Shown here in pieces: positions 18,812-30,177 of a DNA stretch of 32,000 nt. The notes beneath the pieces were generated by a model. It was not told the DNA's origin, did not search any database, and saw only the letters and a program-made list of their open reading frames with translations. The position numbers were made by a program, and so were the translations under genes. Positions within the stretch are counted from its first letter, which is position 1, and every line of letters starts with the position of its first letter. The stretch is from Candidatus Saccharimonadota bacterium (GTDB taxonomy: Bacteria > Pseudomonadota > Gammaproteobacteria > Enterobacterales > Enterobacteriaceae): the NCBI GenBank assembly GCA_049942765.1, contig CP188086.1:210001-242000 (forward strand), given 5' to 3'.

Positions 18812-20893
18812 TTGTTAACTCCGATTATTCGTAAATTTCAATATGGAAAACATATTGTTACTATAGAAACAGGAATATTAGCGAGACAAGCTACTGCTGC
18901 AGTCATGGTTAGTATAGAAGACACTTCTGTTCTTGTAACTGTTGTAGCTGATCAGACAATACTATCTAATCAAAAATATTTTCCATTGAGTGTTAATTAT
19001 CAAGAGAGAGCATATGCTTCTGGTAAAATACCAGGTAGTTTTTTTCGTAGAGAAGGACGCCCTAGTGAAAATGAAACATTGATTGCTAGATTGATTGATA
19101 GACCTATTAGACCTTTATTCCCTAAATATTTTTTAAATAATATTCAAATTGTAGCAACAGTAGTGTCATTTAATCCTAAAGTTAAACCGGATATAGTAGC
19201 TATAATTGGTGCTTCTGCTGCATTAATGATTTCTGGTTTACCGTTTCAAGGTCCAATAGCGGCTGCTAGAGTGGGTTATATTAATAATAGATATGTTTTG
19301 AACCCATCCTATGATGAACTAAAAAATAGCACATTAGATTTAATTATTTCTGGTACAAAAAATGCAGTTCTAATGGTGGAAGCATCTGCTGATGTTTTAA
19401 CTGAAGATATAATTAGTGAAGCTATTTCATTTGGTCATATGGAGCAACAAGTAATAATTGATAATATACAATCTTTATATCATGAAGTAAATCCAAAACT
19501 ATGGGAATATCCTTTAAAATCTCATAATCAAATAGTTTTATCTCGTGTATCAGAATTAGCTAAAGTTCGTATTAATGATGCTTATACAATAATTGAAAAA
19601 AAAAATAGATTTAATGAATTAAATTTAATTAAATTGGAAGTGGTATCTAAATTATTACAGGAAAATTTAATCATTAGTGAGTTAGAAGTAGACGATATCT
19701 TTTATGAATTTGGAAAAAATATAGTTAGAAATAGAATATTAAATGGAGAATTAAGAATTGATGGTAGAACTGCTGATATGATTAGACCTTTAGATATTCG
19801 TGTTGGTATATTACCTAGAACTCATGGATCATCGTTATTTACTAGAGGAGAAACTCAAGCTTTAGTTTCAATTACATTAGGTACTTCTAGAGACGCACAA
19901 AATATAGATGATTTATTAGGTGATCGAGTTGAATATTTTTTATTTCATTATAATTTTCCACCTTATTCAGTTGGGGAAATTGGGATAATTGGATCTCCTA
20001 AACGTAGAGAGATTGGTCATGGTAGTCTAGCTAAGAGAAGTTTGTTAGCTGTTATGCCTAGCATGGATTTTTTTCCATATACTGTGCGTATTGTTTCTGA
20101 AATAACAGAATCTAATGGATCTTCTTCTATGGCATCAGTATGTGGTGCTTCTTTAGCATTAATGGACGCTGGAGTACCGATTAAATCGCCTATAGCCGGT
20201 ATTGCTATGGGATTAATTAAAAAAGGTGATAAGTATGTAATTTTATCAGATATTTTAGGCGATGAAGATCATTTGGGTGATATGGATTTTAAAGTAGCAG
20301 GTAGTGAATTAGGTATTACTTGTTTACAAATGGACATGAAGATTGAAGGTATTAATAATGAAATCATTAAATTTGCTTTATTAAAAGCAAAATCAGCTAG
20401 ACTGCATATTTTATCAATAATGGGTCAAGTGTTGAATACTTCAAGAAAGGAGATTTCTGATTTTGCACCTAGAATTTATAAAATTCATATTAATCCAGAA
20501 AAAATAAAAGATTTAATTGGAAAAGGAGGTTCAGTTATTCGTATGTTAACTGAGGAAACAGGTACTGTAATTGAAATTGAAGATAACGGAATAGTAAAAA
20601 TTTCAGCTACTATAAAAAAGCAAGCTCAAATAGCTATCGCTAAAATTAAAGTAATTACATCTGATATAGAGGTAGGTGAAGTTTATTTAGGCAAAGTCAC
20701 TCGTATCGTTGATTTTGGCGCTTTTGTATCTATAGGTATTGGAAAAGAAGGTTTAGTTCATATTTCTCAAATTACAGATAAGAGAGTAGATAAAGTAACA
20801 GATTATCTTTCAATTCATCAACAAGTATCAGTTAAGGTTTTAGAAGTAGATAGGCAAGGTCGATTACGTTTAAGTTTAAAAGATAATATATAA
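18812..20893 (+). CDS. pnp: Polyribonucleotide nucleotidyltransferase (PNPase)
   Basis: It is colinear with E. coli PNPase through both RNase PH domains, KH and S1 ([70 protein letters not shown]). The ORF track starts at TTG 18791. Homology ([12 protein letters not shown] against E. coli MLNPIVRKFQYG) and AAGGA at 18800-18804 point to TTG 18812 as the start. Confidence 0.95.
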   Translation: MLTPIIRKFQYGKHIVTIETGILARQATAAVMVSIEDTSVLVTVVADQTILSNQKYFPLSVNYQERAYASGKIPGSFFRREGRPSENETLIARLIDRPIRPLFPKYFLNNIQIVATVVSFNPKVKPDIVAIIGASAALMISGLPFQGPIAAARVGYINNRYVLNPSYDELKNSTLDLIISGTKNAVLMVEASADVLTEDIISEAISFGHMEQQVIIDNIQSLYHEVNPKLWEYPLKSHNQIVLSRVSELAKVRINDAYTIIEKKNRFNELNLIKLEVVSKLLQENLIISELEVDDIFYEFGKNIVRNRILNGELRIDGRTADMIRPLDIRVGILPRTHGSSLFTRGETQALVSITLGTSRDAQNIDDLLGDRVEYFLFHYNFPPYSVGEIGIIGSPKRREIGHGSLAKRSLLAVMPSMDFFPYTVRIVSEITESNGSSSMASVCGASLALMDAGVPIKSPIAGIAMGLIKKGDKYVILSDILGDEDHLGDMDFKVAGSELGITCLQMDMKIEGINNEIIKFALLKAKSARLHILSIMGQVLNTSRKEISDFAPRIYKIHINPEKIKDLIGKGGSVIRMLTEETGTVIEIEDNGIVKISATIKKQAQIAIAKIKVITSDIEVGEVYLGKVTRIVDFGAFVSIGIGKEGLVHISQITDKRVDKVTDYLSIHQQVSVKVLEVDRQGRLRLSLKDNI

Positions 20894-21393
20894 AGTTATT
20901 GTTTTTATATTATCAAACAGAGTATGATAAATATTTCATATTGACATAATTATTAATTTTTTAATGAATGTTTTGGTAATATTCAGTATTTTACTTTAAA
21001 TATAACGATATATAGTATGAATACTACACTGTATGTTAAAAGTATGTTTACTATAAAATAGTATGAATATTATCATTATAATGAATAAAATTATATTAAA
21101 TAATATATAAACATTTGAATACATTGGTGGTGAATTGTATATAATTGAAAAAAAATTACATTTTTAATAAAGATTACAGTTGTTTAAATTTATTATTTGT
21201 TTTTAGTGGTGATTTTTACTTACATAAAAATATATTTTTTTAAATAAATTATTTATTATTTTAATATCAATGTTGTTTTTTTTCGTTCATCATATTTTTT
21301 TAATTTCAACCCGGTTAACATTTTCTCATGATAATAATAAAAAATATTTTCATAACAAGTTATGTAGACTGGATTTAGTCACTAAAGAGGCTC

Positions 21394-23226
21394 ATGTACT
21401 ACATGACTTATACTGAAACTACATTTTCTGTTCTTGGTTTAAATCCTTTACTTATCAAAGCATTGAGTGACTTAGGATATATAAAACCATCCCCTATTCA
21501 AAAAATTTGCATTCCATATCTTTTAGAAGGTAAAGATGTATTAGGTATGGCTCAAACAGGTAGTGGTAAAACGGCAGCATTTGCGTTACCTTTATTACAT
21601 AATATAAATATTAATTTAAAAATACCACAAATTTTAGTTTTAGCGCCGACTAGAGAATTAGCTGTACAAGTAGCTGAAGCTTTTTCTGATTTTTCGAAGT
21701 ATATATTAGGTATTCATGTTTTAGCTTTATATGGAGGTCAGCGATATGAATTACAATTAAAATCTTTAAAGCAAGGACCTCAAATTGTAGTAGGTACACC
21801 TGGAAGATTATTGGATCATTTAAAAAGAGGAACTTTAAATTTATCTAATTTAAAAGGATTAGTTTTAGATGAAGCTGATGAAATGTTAAGGATGGGGTTT
21901 ATTGAAGATGTTGAAACAATTATGTTAAAAATACCTAAAACACATCAAACGGCATTATTTTCAGCTACTATGCCTGAAGCTATTCGTCGTATTTCTCGTA
22001 GATTTATGAAAGATCCTAAAGAAATTAAAATACAATCTAATATAAATACTAGACCTAACATTAATCAATATTATTGGATTGTGTATGGTAAGAAAACTGA
22101 TGGGTTAGTTCGTTTTTTAGAAGTTGAGGATTTTTCAGCTACAATTATTTTCGTTCGTACTAAAAATGCAACTTTAGAAGTTGCAGAAGCATTAGAAAAA
22201 AATGGTTATAATAGTGCAGCATTAAATGGAGATATGAATCAATCATTACGAGAACAAACATTGGAAAAATTAAAAGATGGTCGGTTAGACATCTTAATAG
22301 CTACTGATGTAGCTGCAAGGGGGCTAGATGTAGATAGAATTAGTTTGGTAATTAATTATGATATTCCTATGGATGCAGAGTCTTATGTGCATCGAATTGG
22401 TCGTACAGGAAGAGCTGGTCGTACAGGAAAAGCATTGTTGTTTGTAGAAAGTAGAGAAAGAAGATTGCTCAGAAATATTGAAAGAGTTGTAAAATTAAAT
22501 ATTCAAGAAGTGAACTTACCTAAATTAGAATTACTTAGTGCTAAACGTTTGAAAAAATTTTCTGAAAAAATAAATGCTCATTTAAATAGTTCTGATTTAG
22601 ATGAATATTGTCTTTTATTACATAAGATTCAATCATCAAATGAATTAAATTTAGAAAAACTAGCTGCTGCATTATTAAAGATGGCGCAGGGAGAAAGACC
22701 TTTAATTATAAAACCAGATACAGATAGAACGTGTATAAAATCAACGTATATGTTAGGTAAGAAACATAAAACAGAGTTTACAAATCATAATAGTTATAAA
22801 TATCGTAAAGATCGTAAAGATCATCTGGATATGAATATATATAAATTAGAAGTTGGTCGTAATGATGGTGTAGAGGTTCGTCATATTGTTGGTGCAATTG
22901 CAAATGAAGGTGACATCAGTAGTCGTAATATTGGTCATGTAAATATTTTTTCTTCATATTCTACTATTGAGTTACCAAAGTCTTTGTCTAATAATTTGTT
23001 AAAAATATTTTCTAGAACTAGAATTTTAAATAAACAAATTAATATTAAGATTATGCAGGATATTAAGTATAAAGAACGTCGTAATCATTTTCAGAATACT
23101 AAAAAACATATGGATCGTACCATGGTACGTCGTATATCAGATCATCGTTGGAAATCGTCTAATAATTTACGTATTTCTAGACGTAAAGTTGAATCATCTG
23201 TATTAGATAAAACACGCAATATTTAA
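21394..23226 (+). CDS. deaD: ATP-dependent DEAD-box RNA helicase DeaD (CsdA)
   Basis: [73 protein letters not shown] and [13 protein letters not shown], plus the DeaD-specific C-terminal block [30 protein letters not shown], are colinear with E. coli DeaD. ATG 21403 is an alternative start. The RGG-rich tail of E. coli is replaced by a K/R-rich tail. Confidence 0.94.
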   Translation: MYYMTYTETTFSVLGLNPLLIKALSDLGYIKPSPIQKICIPYLLEGKDVLGMAQTGSGKTAAFALPLLHNININLKIPQILVLAPTRELAVQVAEAFSDFSKYILGIHVLALYGGQRYELQLKSLKQGPQIVVGTPGRLLDHLKRGTLNLSNLKGLVLDEADEMLRMGFIEDVETIMLKIPKTHQTALFSATMPEAIRRISRRFMKDPKEIKIQSNINTRPNINQYYWIVYGKKTDGLVRFLEVEDFSATIIFVRTKNATLEVAEALEKNGYNSAALNGDMNQSLREQTLEKLKDGRLDILIATDVAARGLDVDRISLVINYDIPMDAESYVHRIGRTGRAGRTGKALLFVESRERRLLRNIERVVKLNIQEVNLPKLELLSAKRLKKFSEKINAHLNSSDLDEYCLLLHKIQSSNELNLEKLAAALLKMAQGERPLIIKPDTDRTCIKSTYMLGKKHKTEFTNHNSYKYRKDRKDHLDMNIYKLEVGRNDGVEVRHIVGAIANEGDISSRNIGHVNIFSSYSTIELPKSLSNNLLKIFSRTRILNKQINIKIMQDIKYKERRNHFQNTKKHMDRTMVRRISDHRWKSSNNLRISRRKVESSVLDKTRNI

Positions 23227-23255
23227 TTTTTATTGTAGATAATTGCATGTTATCT

Positions 23256-23284
23256 AAGTGGTAGATAAATGTGTTCTACCACTT
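23256..23284. terminator. Hairpin between the convergent deaD and ridA genes (candidate bidirectional terminator)
   Basis: A perfect 10-bp stem joins AAGTGGTAGA (23256-23265) to TCTACCACTT (23275-23284), with a 9-nt loop. It begins 30 nt after the deaD stop, ends 9 nt from the ridA stop, and is followed on the + strand by TATTAATTTTATTTTTTTTT. Confidence 0.6.
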
Positions 23285-23292
23285 TATTAATT

Positions 23293-23682
23293 TTATTTTT
23301 TTTTATAAGCTATGGCTTCAATTTCAATATTTACTTCTTTAGGTAATCTAGAAACTTCTACACATGATCTAGCTGGTAATAATAATACATTATTATCCAT
23401 AAAAAATTTTTTGTAGGCTTGATTAATCGTATCTATATTGTTTATATTTGTAATAAATATTGTCATTTTTATTATATGTTTAATTTCAAAACCACCAGCT
23501 ATTAAAATAAATTTAATATGATTTAAGGTGAGATACGTTTGATCAATTATATTTTTTGGTACAGAATTACATTCTGTATGTATAGGTATTTGTCCTGATG
23601 TAATTATAAAATTATCAATGTGTATAGCTTGCGAATAAGGACCTAGAGGTTTTGGTGCTTTTTTAGTAAATATACTTAACAT
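23293..23682 (-). CDS. ridA: RidA/YjgF-family enamine/imine deaminase
   Basis: APKPLGPYSQAIHIDNFIITSGQIP...LPARSCVEVSRLPKEVNIEIEAIA matches E. coli RidA (APAAIGPYVQGVDLGNMIITSGQIP...FPARSCVEVARLPKDVKIEIEAIA). It has 129 aa against 128 aa. Confidence 0.9.
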   Translation of the reverse strand: MLSIFTKKAPKPLGPYSQAIHIDNFIITSGQIPIHTECNSVPKNIIDQTYLTLNHIKFILIAGGFEIKHIIKMTIFITNINNIDTINQAYKKFFMDNNVLLLPARSCVEVSRLPKEVNIEIEAIAYKKK

Positions 23683-24234
23683 AGTTTATCCTAAATAGGT
23701 ATTTTTTATAGTTTCTGTATTAAAAATATAAAATAATATGTATTTTTATATTTTAATTATAGTTATTTATTAAAATTGAGTTTTATGTTTTATGTATAAA
23801 TAATTATTTTTAATATTTTTTATAGATTTTGGTATATATAATGTATTTATAGAACTATAAAAATTATTTTTATGTGTTATTTAACATACCAAATGATATA
23901 ATTTTTGTACTGTACAAATATACAATAATTTTTACATAATATTAGTATTAATATTTAATTTATGTATTAATGATAATTTTAAATATGAAACGGAATTATT
24001 AATTCATGTTTAATAGATGTATAAAATAACAACATGTTATACATCTATTATGATTGTCATTAAAAAATAATAATTTTTATATTAATTTTACTTGATTAAG
24101 GTATAGTACCTTTTTCCTTGTTTTTTATTATTAAATTTAATTAGTTTCATTTGATTATATAGTTTGTAGCAAATGAAATTTGTATTAAGGATATGTAATT
24201 GAATATATTTATGTAATAATCCATTATTTTTATA

Positions 24235-25257
24235 TTAAAAGTATATTTCTGGTTTATATAACGTAGAGACTAATATTGATTTTATAGTATGTAATCTATT
24301 TTCTGATTGTTGAAAAATATATTTTTCATTTGATTTAAATACATCATTGGTAATTTCTATTCCATTGTTTAATCCATATTTTTTAGAAATAGTATGTCCT
24401 ATTTCAGTTTTATTATCATGTAGTGATGGTAAACAATGCAATACTTTTACGTTAGGATTCTTAGTTGCTTCTATTATTTCTTGATTAACTTGATAGGGTT
24501 TTAATAGAGAAATTTTTTTTTCAAATGTATTACTAAGTTCACCCATAGATATCCAAACATCAGTATAAATATAGTCTGTTTTATGTACTCCATTTTTAAT
24601 ATCATCAGTACATAATATTAATTTATTAAATTTTTTAATTTTATTTTGATGGTGATTAAAAAAAGTTTTATTAGGCCAATATTGTTTTGGTGCTATAATT
24701 CTTAAGTTAAATCCAATTAATGTAGCAGCTTCTATGATAGTAGAGGCTATATTGTTAGTAGCATCTCCAATATATGAAATTGTTATTTGAGACAAATCAT
24801 ATTGATTAGGATTAAATTCTATAATGGTTAGTAAATCAGCCAATAATTGTGTTGGATGATATTTTTGTGTTAATCCATTCCATACAGGTACACCTGAATA
24901 TTTAGCTAACATTTTTATATTATTATGATTATGACCTCTATATTGAATTCCATCATATACTAAACCAATAAATTTAGCAGTGTCTTCAATGGATTCTTTA
25001 TTACCTAAATGGGTGTCTCCTGGCCCTAAATATGTTGTTTTAGCTCCTTGATCATAAGCTGCAATTTCAAAAGAACATCTTGTTCTTGTAGATGCTTTAT
25101 CAAAAATGAGTGCAATACATTTTTTTTTTAAATATTGTTTTTCTATATTATTTTTTTTTTGTATTTTAAGATGTTGTGCTAATTTAATTAAATAATAGAT
25201 TTCAATTTTAGTTAAATTAGATAGTTTAAGTATATTTCTTTGATACAAATGAATCAT
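24235..25257 (-). CDS. argI: Ornithine carbamoyltransferase
   Basis: ALIFDKASTRTRCSFEIAAYDQGAKTTYLGP, YDGIQYRG, PVWNGLTQKYHPTQLLADLLT, DVWISMGE, HCLPSLHD and QSENRLHTIKSIL are colinear with E. coli ArgI, including the STRTR carbamoyl-phosphate motif and the HCLP ornithine motif. Confidence 0.94.
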   Translation of the reverse strand: MIHLYQRNILKLSNLTKIEIYYLIKLAQHLKIQKKNNIEKQYLKKKCIALIFDKASTRTRCSFEIAAYDQGAKTTYLGPGDTHLGNKESIEDTAKFIGLVYDGIQYRGHNHNNIKMLAKYSGVPVWNGLTQKYHPTQLLADLLTIIEFNPNQYDLSQITISYIGDATNNIASTIIEAATLIGFNLRIIAPKQYWPNKTFFNHHQNKIKKFNKLILCTDDIKNGVHKTDYIYTDVWISMGELSNTFEKKISLLKPYQVNQEIIEATKNPNVKVLHCLPSLHDNKTEIGHTISKKYGLNNGIEITNDVFKSNEKYIFQQSENRLHTIKSILVSTLYKPEIYF

Positions 25258-25720
25258 TTATTTTATTCCATAAATTAATTTAATAAATATGAATTTATAA
25301 ATATTTTAAATATAAATATATTAATAGTATATAAATATATTAGATATTTTAGTTTATTTTTAAGTAGTATCTTACTTATTTTTGAATAATGGTATATAAA
25401 AATATAAATGTAATTGAAAGAGATTATTAATAGAATTAATTAATAATATATTCATTTTATATTTTAGATGAAGGTATGGATTTATTATTTTCTTGTTGAT
25501 GAATATTTATTTTGTATATTATGTATGTTAATAAATTATTTTTATAATATTTTTTAATGTTTTATATTAGAAGAATAATTATTAATGTTTTATTTAATAA
25601 AATTTTTTTATTATATTAAATTTATTTTTTGAGTAAATATATTTTAATTAGTTAAAAATAGTATTTTTAGTGAATGATAAAATGTTTGTTGTTATATATA
25701 TTTAATATAGGATATATATT

Positions 25721-27238
25721 ATGGATTTTAAAATTATACAAAACATTGAATATAATAAAGATATAGAGTGTTTAGTATTATTTATTTTTTCATCATTAAA
25801 GTTATCTGATATAGCATATAAAATAGATGTGTGTAATAAAAATTACATTAGTCAATTAATAGATAATAATAATTTTACTGGAGAAATAGGTCAAGTTTTA
25901 CTGATATGTAATATTAGTTATTTACATATTAAAAAAATATTATTAGTTGGTTGTGGAAATGATATTGATTTTGATAGAATTATGTATAATAAGATAATTA
26001 AATCCAGTGTAGCATTACTAGATAAACATAATATACGTAATGTTATTTATATGTTAGAAGATATTGATTTACTTAAATGTAGTATGTATTGGAAAATAAG
26101 ATTATTTATAGAATATGTAGAAAAACATCTATATATTTTTTCGATGTTTAAAACGAATATTAAGAAAAATAATAATTTTAAATTTAAAATTTCGTTTTAT
26201 ATTGGATTAAAAGATAATTTATTTTTATCTAATTTAGGTTTAAAACATGGTTGTGTTATTTCAGAAGGGATTAAAATAACTAAAGATGTTAGTAATACTC
26301 CTCCAAATATTTGTAATTCATTATATTTTATATCTAAAGTTAAGGAACTATTTATAACATATAAAAATAATATATCAATTGATATTATTACTGAAAAAGA
26401 TATGAAAAAACTAGGTATGAATGCTTTTTTAGCAGTAGGACATGGATCAAGTAATCCATCGTGTATGATGATAATGAAATATTTTGGTTTATCTCATAAG
26501 TCTACAACAATAAATATTGTTTTAATTGGTAAAGGTGTTACATTTGATACTGGAGGTATATCTCTTAAACCTGCTAAACTAATGTATGAAATGAAATATG
26601 ATATGTGTGGTGCTGCAGCAGTGTTAGGTGTCATGTATATAATATGTGTATTACAACTACCTATTAACATTGTAAGTGTATTTGCTTTATCGGAAAATAT
26701 GTTAGATAAACATGCATTAAGACCTGGAGATGTAGTTACTACGATGTCTAATCAAACTGTAGAAGTTTTGAATACGGATGCTGAAGGACGATTAATTTTA
26801 TGTGATGTATTAACTTATATTAAAAAATATAATTCAAATATAGTTATAGATGTAGCAACTTTAACTGGATCTTGTGTAGTAGCATTAGGTAGACATTTTA
26901 CGGGTTTAATGTCTAATAGTAATATTTTATCTAAGTGGTTAATTAAAGCTGGTAAAGAAACTGGGGATGAAATATGGAGATTACCTATTGTTAAAGAATA
27001 TCAAGCAGATTTACATTCTTATGTAGCTGATATAACTAATATGGGGGCAGATAATCCAGCAGATGCTATTATAGCTTCTTGTTTTCTTTCTCGTTTTGTA
27101 GGACATTATAAATGGGCACATTTGGACATAGCTGGTACAGCATGGGTTTCAGGAAGTAGAGAGGGTGCTACAGGAAGGCCTGTGTTATTGTTAACACAAT
27201 TAATATTTAATATGTTGAACATTATTCCTTCACTGTAA
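25721..27238 (+). CDS. pepA: Leucyl (cytosol) aminopeptidase PepA
   Basis: The catalytic domain LIGKGVTFDTGGISLKPAKLMYEMKYDMCGAAAVLG, VEVLNTDAEGRLILCDVLTY, VIDVATLTGSCVVALG and WAHLDIAGTAW...GATGRPV matches E. coli PepA. It has 505 aa against 503 aa. The N-terminal domain is much more diverged. Confidence 0.94.
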   Translation: MDFKIIQNIEYNKDIECLVLFIFSSLKLSDIAYKIDVCNKNYISQLIDNNNFTGEIGQVLLICNISYLHIKKILLVGCGNDIDFDRIMYNKIIKSSVALLDKHNIRNVIYMLEDIDLLKCSMYWKIRLFIEYVEKHLYIFSMFKTNIKKNNNFKFKISFYIGLKDNLFLSNLGLKHGCVISEGIKITKDVSNTPPNICNSLYFISKVKELFITYKNNISIDIITEKDMKKLGMNAFLAVGHGSSNPSCMMIMKYFGLSHKSTTINIVLIGKGVTFDTGGISLKPAKLMYEMKYDMCGAAAVLGVMYIICVLQLPINIVSVFALSENMLDKHALRPGDVVTTMSNQTVEVLNTDAEGRLILCDVLTYIKKYNSNIVIDVATLTGSCVVALGRHFTGLMSNSNILSKWLIKAGKETGDEIWRLPIVKEYQADLHSYVADITNMGADNPADAIIASCFLSRFVGHYKWAHLDIAGTAWVSGSREGATGRPVLLLTQLIFNMLNIIPSL

Positions 27239-27306
27239 ATAATGTTTAATTTTTATCAATAATATTATCATCCATTTTTAGTTTTTAATAAGATCATTTT
27301 AAATAT

Positions 27307-30177
27307 ATGAAAGAAAAATATAATCCTAGCTTAAATGAAAAAAAAATATATGATATGTGGGAAAAAAATGGATTATTTACACCTAATATGGATAAGGATA
27401 AAAAACCCTTTTGTATTGTTATACCACCTCCAAATATTACTGGAAATTTACATATAGGACATGCTTTACAACAAACTATTATGGACATTATCATTCGTTA
27501 TGAACGAATGAAAGGTAAAAATACTTTATGGCAAGTAGGTACTGATCATGCAGGTATAGCAACACAAATATTAGTTGAACAACAATTAAAATTACTTGAA
27601 AAAAAAGATAAGTATGAATATTCAAGAGATGAATTTATTAAAAAAACATGGATATGGAAAAAAAAGTTGACTCAATCAATTAATAATCAAATGCGACGTT
27701 TAGGTAATTCAGTTGATTGGTTAAATGAAAGATTTACTTTAGATTCAGGTATGTCTATTGCTGTTAAAGAAGCATTTATTCGTTTATATGAAAAAAATCT
27801 TATTTATCAAAGAAAAAAAATATCGCATTGGGACATAAAATTACAGACAGTTATATCCGATCTTGAGGTTGAACATCGATCAGTGTTAGGTAATTTATAT
27901 AGAATTTGTTATCCGTTGGTTTTAGATAAACATATTGATAGTAACTGTAATCATATAGTTGTTGAAACAACTCGACCAGAAACATTATTAGGAGATACTG
28001 CTTTAGCAGTACATCCAGAAGATAAAAGATATATAAAATATGTTGGTTTATCTGTTATGGTACCTATTGTTAATCGTATAGTTCCAATTATTGCTGATAA
28101 AAGAATAAATCAAAAAAAAGGAACTGGTTGTGTAAAAATTACTCCAGGACATGATTTTAATGATTATGAAATAGCTTTAGATCATAAATTACCTATGATT
28201 AATATTTTTACATTAGATGGGAAAATTAGACATGTATTACAAGTTTTTGATGTAGATGGAAAAGAGAGTGCTATATATACTAATGTGGTACCTAAGAATC
28301 TTCAATATATTCATCGAGATGTAGCAAGACAAAGTATTGTAGATATTTTAAATACTTCAAGTTTATTAAAAAAAATTATTTCTACTACACTAATTTTACC
28401 ATATGGTGATAGAAGTGGTGAAGTAATCGAACCTATTTTAACTAATCAGTGGTATTTAAAGATGGCACCATTAGCTAAAACAGCGATAAAAGCAGTACAA
28501 GATGGAAGGATCGAATTTATTCCTAAAAAATATACAAAAATTTATTTTAATTGGATGAATAATATTGAAGATTGGTGCATATCACGTCAGCTATGGTGGG
28601 GGCATCAAATTCCAATTTGGTTTGATAAGCATAGAAATATATTTGTTGGTTATAACGAAGAAGAAGTACGAAAAAAATATAAATTATCTTTAGATACATT
28701 ATTAGTTCAGGAAACTGATGTATTAGATACTTGGTTTTCTTCAAGTTTGTGGACATTTGCTTCATTAGGTTGGCCACGTAAAACAAATTTTTTAAAATTA
28801 TTTCATCCAACTAATTTATTAGTAACTGGTTTTGATATTATTTTTTTTTGGGTTGCCAGAATGATTATGTTAACTATGTATTTTATACATGATGATCATG
28901 GAACACCTCAAATACCATTTAAAAAAATATTGGTTACTGGTTTAATTAAAGATGAAGATGGAAAAAAGATGTCTAAATCTAAAGGTAATGTATTAGATCC
29001 ATTGGATATGATAGATGGTATTTCATTAGATCAGTTAGTTTATAAACGTACTAATTGTATGATGAAACCTAAGTTATCTAAATTAATTACTGAACGTACT
29101 AAAATAGCGTTCCCTAATGGAATATCTTCTACAGGTACTGACGTATTACGATTGACTCTGGCATCATTATCTACTTTTAATAAAGATATTAACTGGGATC
29201 ATAGTCGTTTATTGAATTATAGAAATTTTTGTAATAAAGTTTGGAACGCCAGTAGATTTATATATATGAATATTAATAATACATTATCTTCTTATGTTTT
29301 TAAGCCTCATAAAGTATTATCAGTATTAAATAAATGGATTTTAATAGAATTAAATAATGTCATACGATCTTATAGAATGTCATTAGATATATATAGATTT
29401 GATGTAGCTGTAAATGTTTTATATAATTTTTTCTGGAATATATTTTGTAATTGGTATTTAGAATTCTCTAAAGTAATTTTATCGTCAACAATTATTAAAT
29501 ATCAACAGGAAACAAGATTAACTTTATTATATGTTTTAAATACATTTTTAAGATTATCACATCCTATTATACCTTATATTACTGAAAGTATTTGGCAACG
29601 TGTAATTGTATTATTTAGTAATAAAAATAATAGCATTATGATACAACCATTTCCTGAATATAAAAAAATGGATTGTGATGTAAAAGCAATATTGTCAGAT
29701 ATAGGTTGGATTCAAGAGATGACACATGAATTAAGAAATATAAAAAAAACGTATTCATCTTTGATAAATCACAATTTAATTACCATATATTTTAAATCAC
29801 TTACCGTAGAATTTAAGTGTTATTTAAAGAGATATAGTGAATTTTTGATTCAATTATCTAAAGTAAATCGTTTAATTATATTGAATGATTGTGATTCGTT
29901 TCCTATTGGACTTCCAATTTATTTATTAGGAACAAAATGTGTACTATCAGGTAATAATTTATCTGATAGGGATATAAAAGATTATTTATTAAATGATATA
30001 AATAAAACAATATTGTTGTTACAACATAAAATTAAATTTTGTAAAAATAAATTATTAAATAAAAATTTTTTAAATCATGCTCCTGAAAAAATTATTCAAT
30101 CTGAAAGAGAAAAATTATTTTTATTAGAAAAACAGGTATTTGAATATACTAATCGTCGTATACATTATATTAAATAA
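27307..30177 (+). CDS. valS: Valine--tRNA ligase
   Basis: The HIGH motif (PPPNITGNLHIGHALQ), KMSKS (KKMSKSKGN), TTRPETLLGDTALAVHPED, GTGCVKITPGHDFNDYE, WCISRQLWWGH and the C-terminal coiled coil are colinear with E. coli ValS. It has 956 aa against 951 aa. Confidence 0.97.
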   Translation: MKEKYNPSLNEKKIYDMWEKNGLFTPNMDKDKKPFCIVIPPPNITGNLHIGHALQQTIMDIIIRYERMKGKNTLWQVGTDHAGIATQILVEQQLKLLEKKDKYEYSRDEFIKKTWIWKKKLTQSINNQMRRLGNSVDWLNERFTLDSGMSIAVKEAFIRLYEKNLIYQRKKISHWDIKLQTVISDLEVEHRSVLGNLYRICYPLVLDKHIDSNCNHIVVETTRPETLLGDTALAVHPEDKRYIKYVGLSVMVPIVNRIVPIIADKRINQKKGTGCVKITPGHDFNDYEIALDHKLPMINIFTLDGKIRHVLQVFDVDGKESAIYTNVVPKNLQYIHRDVARQSIVDILNTSSLLKKIISTTLILPYGDRSGEVIEPILTNQWYLKMAPLAKTAIKAVQDGRIEFIPKKYTKIYFNWMNNIEDWCISRQLWWGHQIPIWFDKHRNIFVGYNEEEVRKKYKLSLDTLLVQETDVLDTWFSSSLWTFASLGWPRKTNFLKLFHPTNLLVTGFDIIFFWVARMIMLTMYFIHDDHGTPQIPFKKILVTGLIKDEDGKKMSKSKGNVLDPLDMIDGISLDQLVYKRTNCMMKPKLSKLITERTKIAFPNGISSTGTDVLRLTLASLSTFNKDINWDHSRLLNYRNFCNKVWNASRFIYMNINNTLSSYVFKPHKVLSVLNKWILIELNNVIRSYRMSLDIYRFDVAVNVLYNFFWNIFCNWYLEFSKVILSSTIIKYQQETRLTLLYVLNTFLRLSHPIIPYITESIWQRVIVLFSNKNNSIMIQPFPEYKKMDCDVKAILSDIGWIQEMTHELRNIKKTYSSLINHNLITIYFKSLTVEFKCYLKRYSEFLIQLSKVNRLIILNDCDSFPIGLPIYLLGTKCVLSGNNLSDRDIKDYLLNDINKTILLLQHKIKFCKNKLLNKNFLNHAPEKIIQSEREKLFLLEKQVFEYTNRRIHYIK

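Noticed and set aside
27294-27494. 66-aa - strand ORF
   Set aside because: It is antisense to the valS HIGH-motif region. It is spurious.
28547-28810. 87-aa - strand ORF
   Set aside because: It is antisense to valS. It is spurious.
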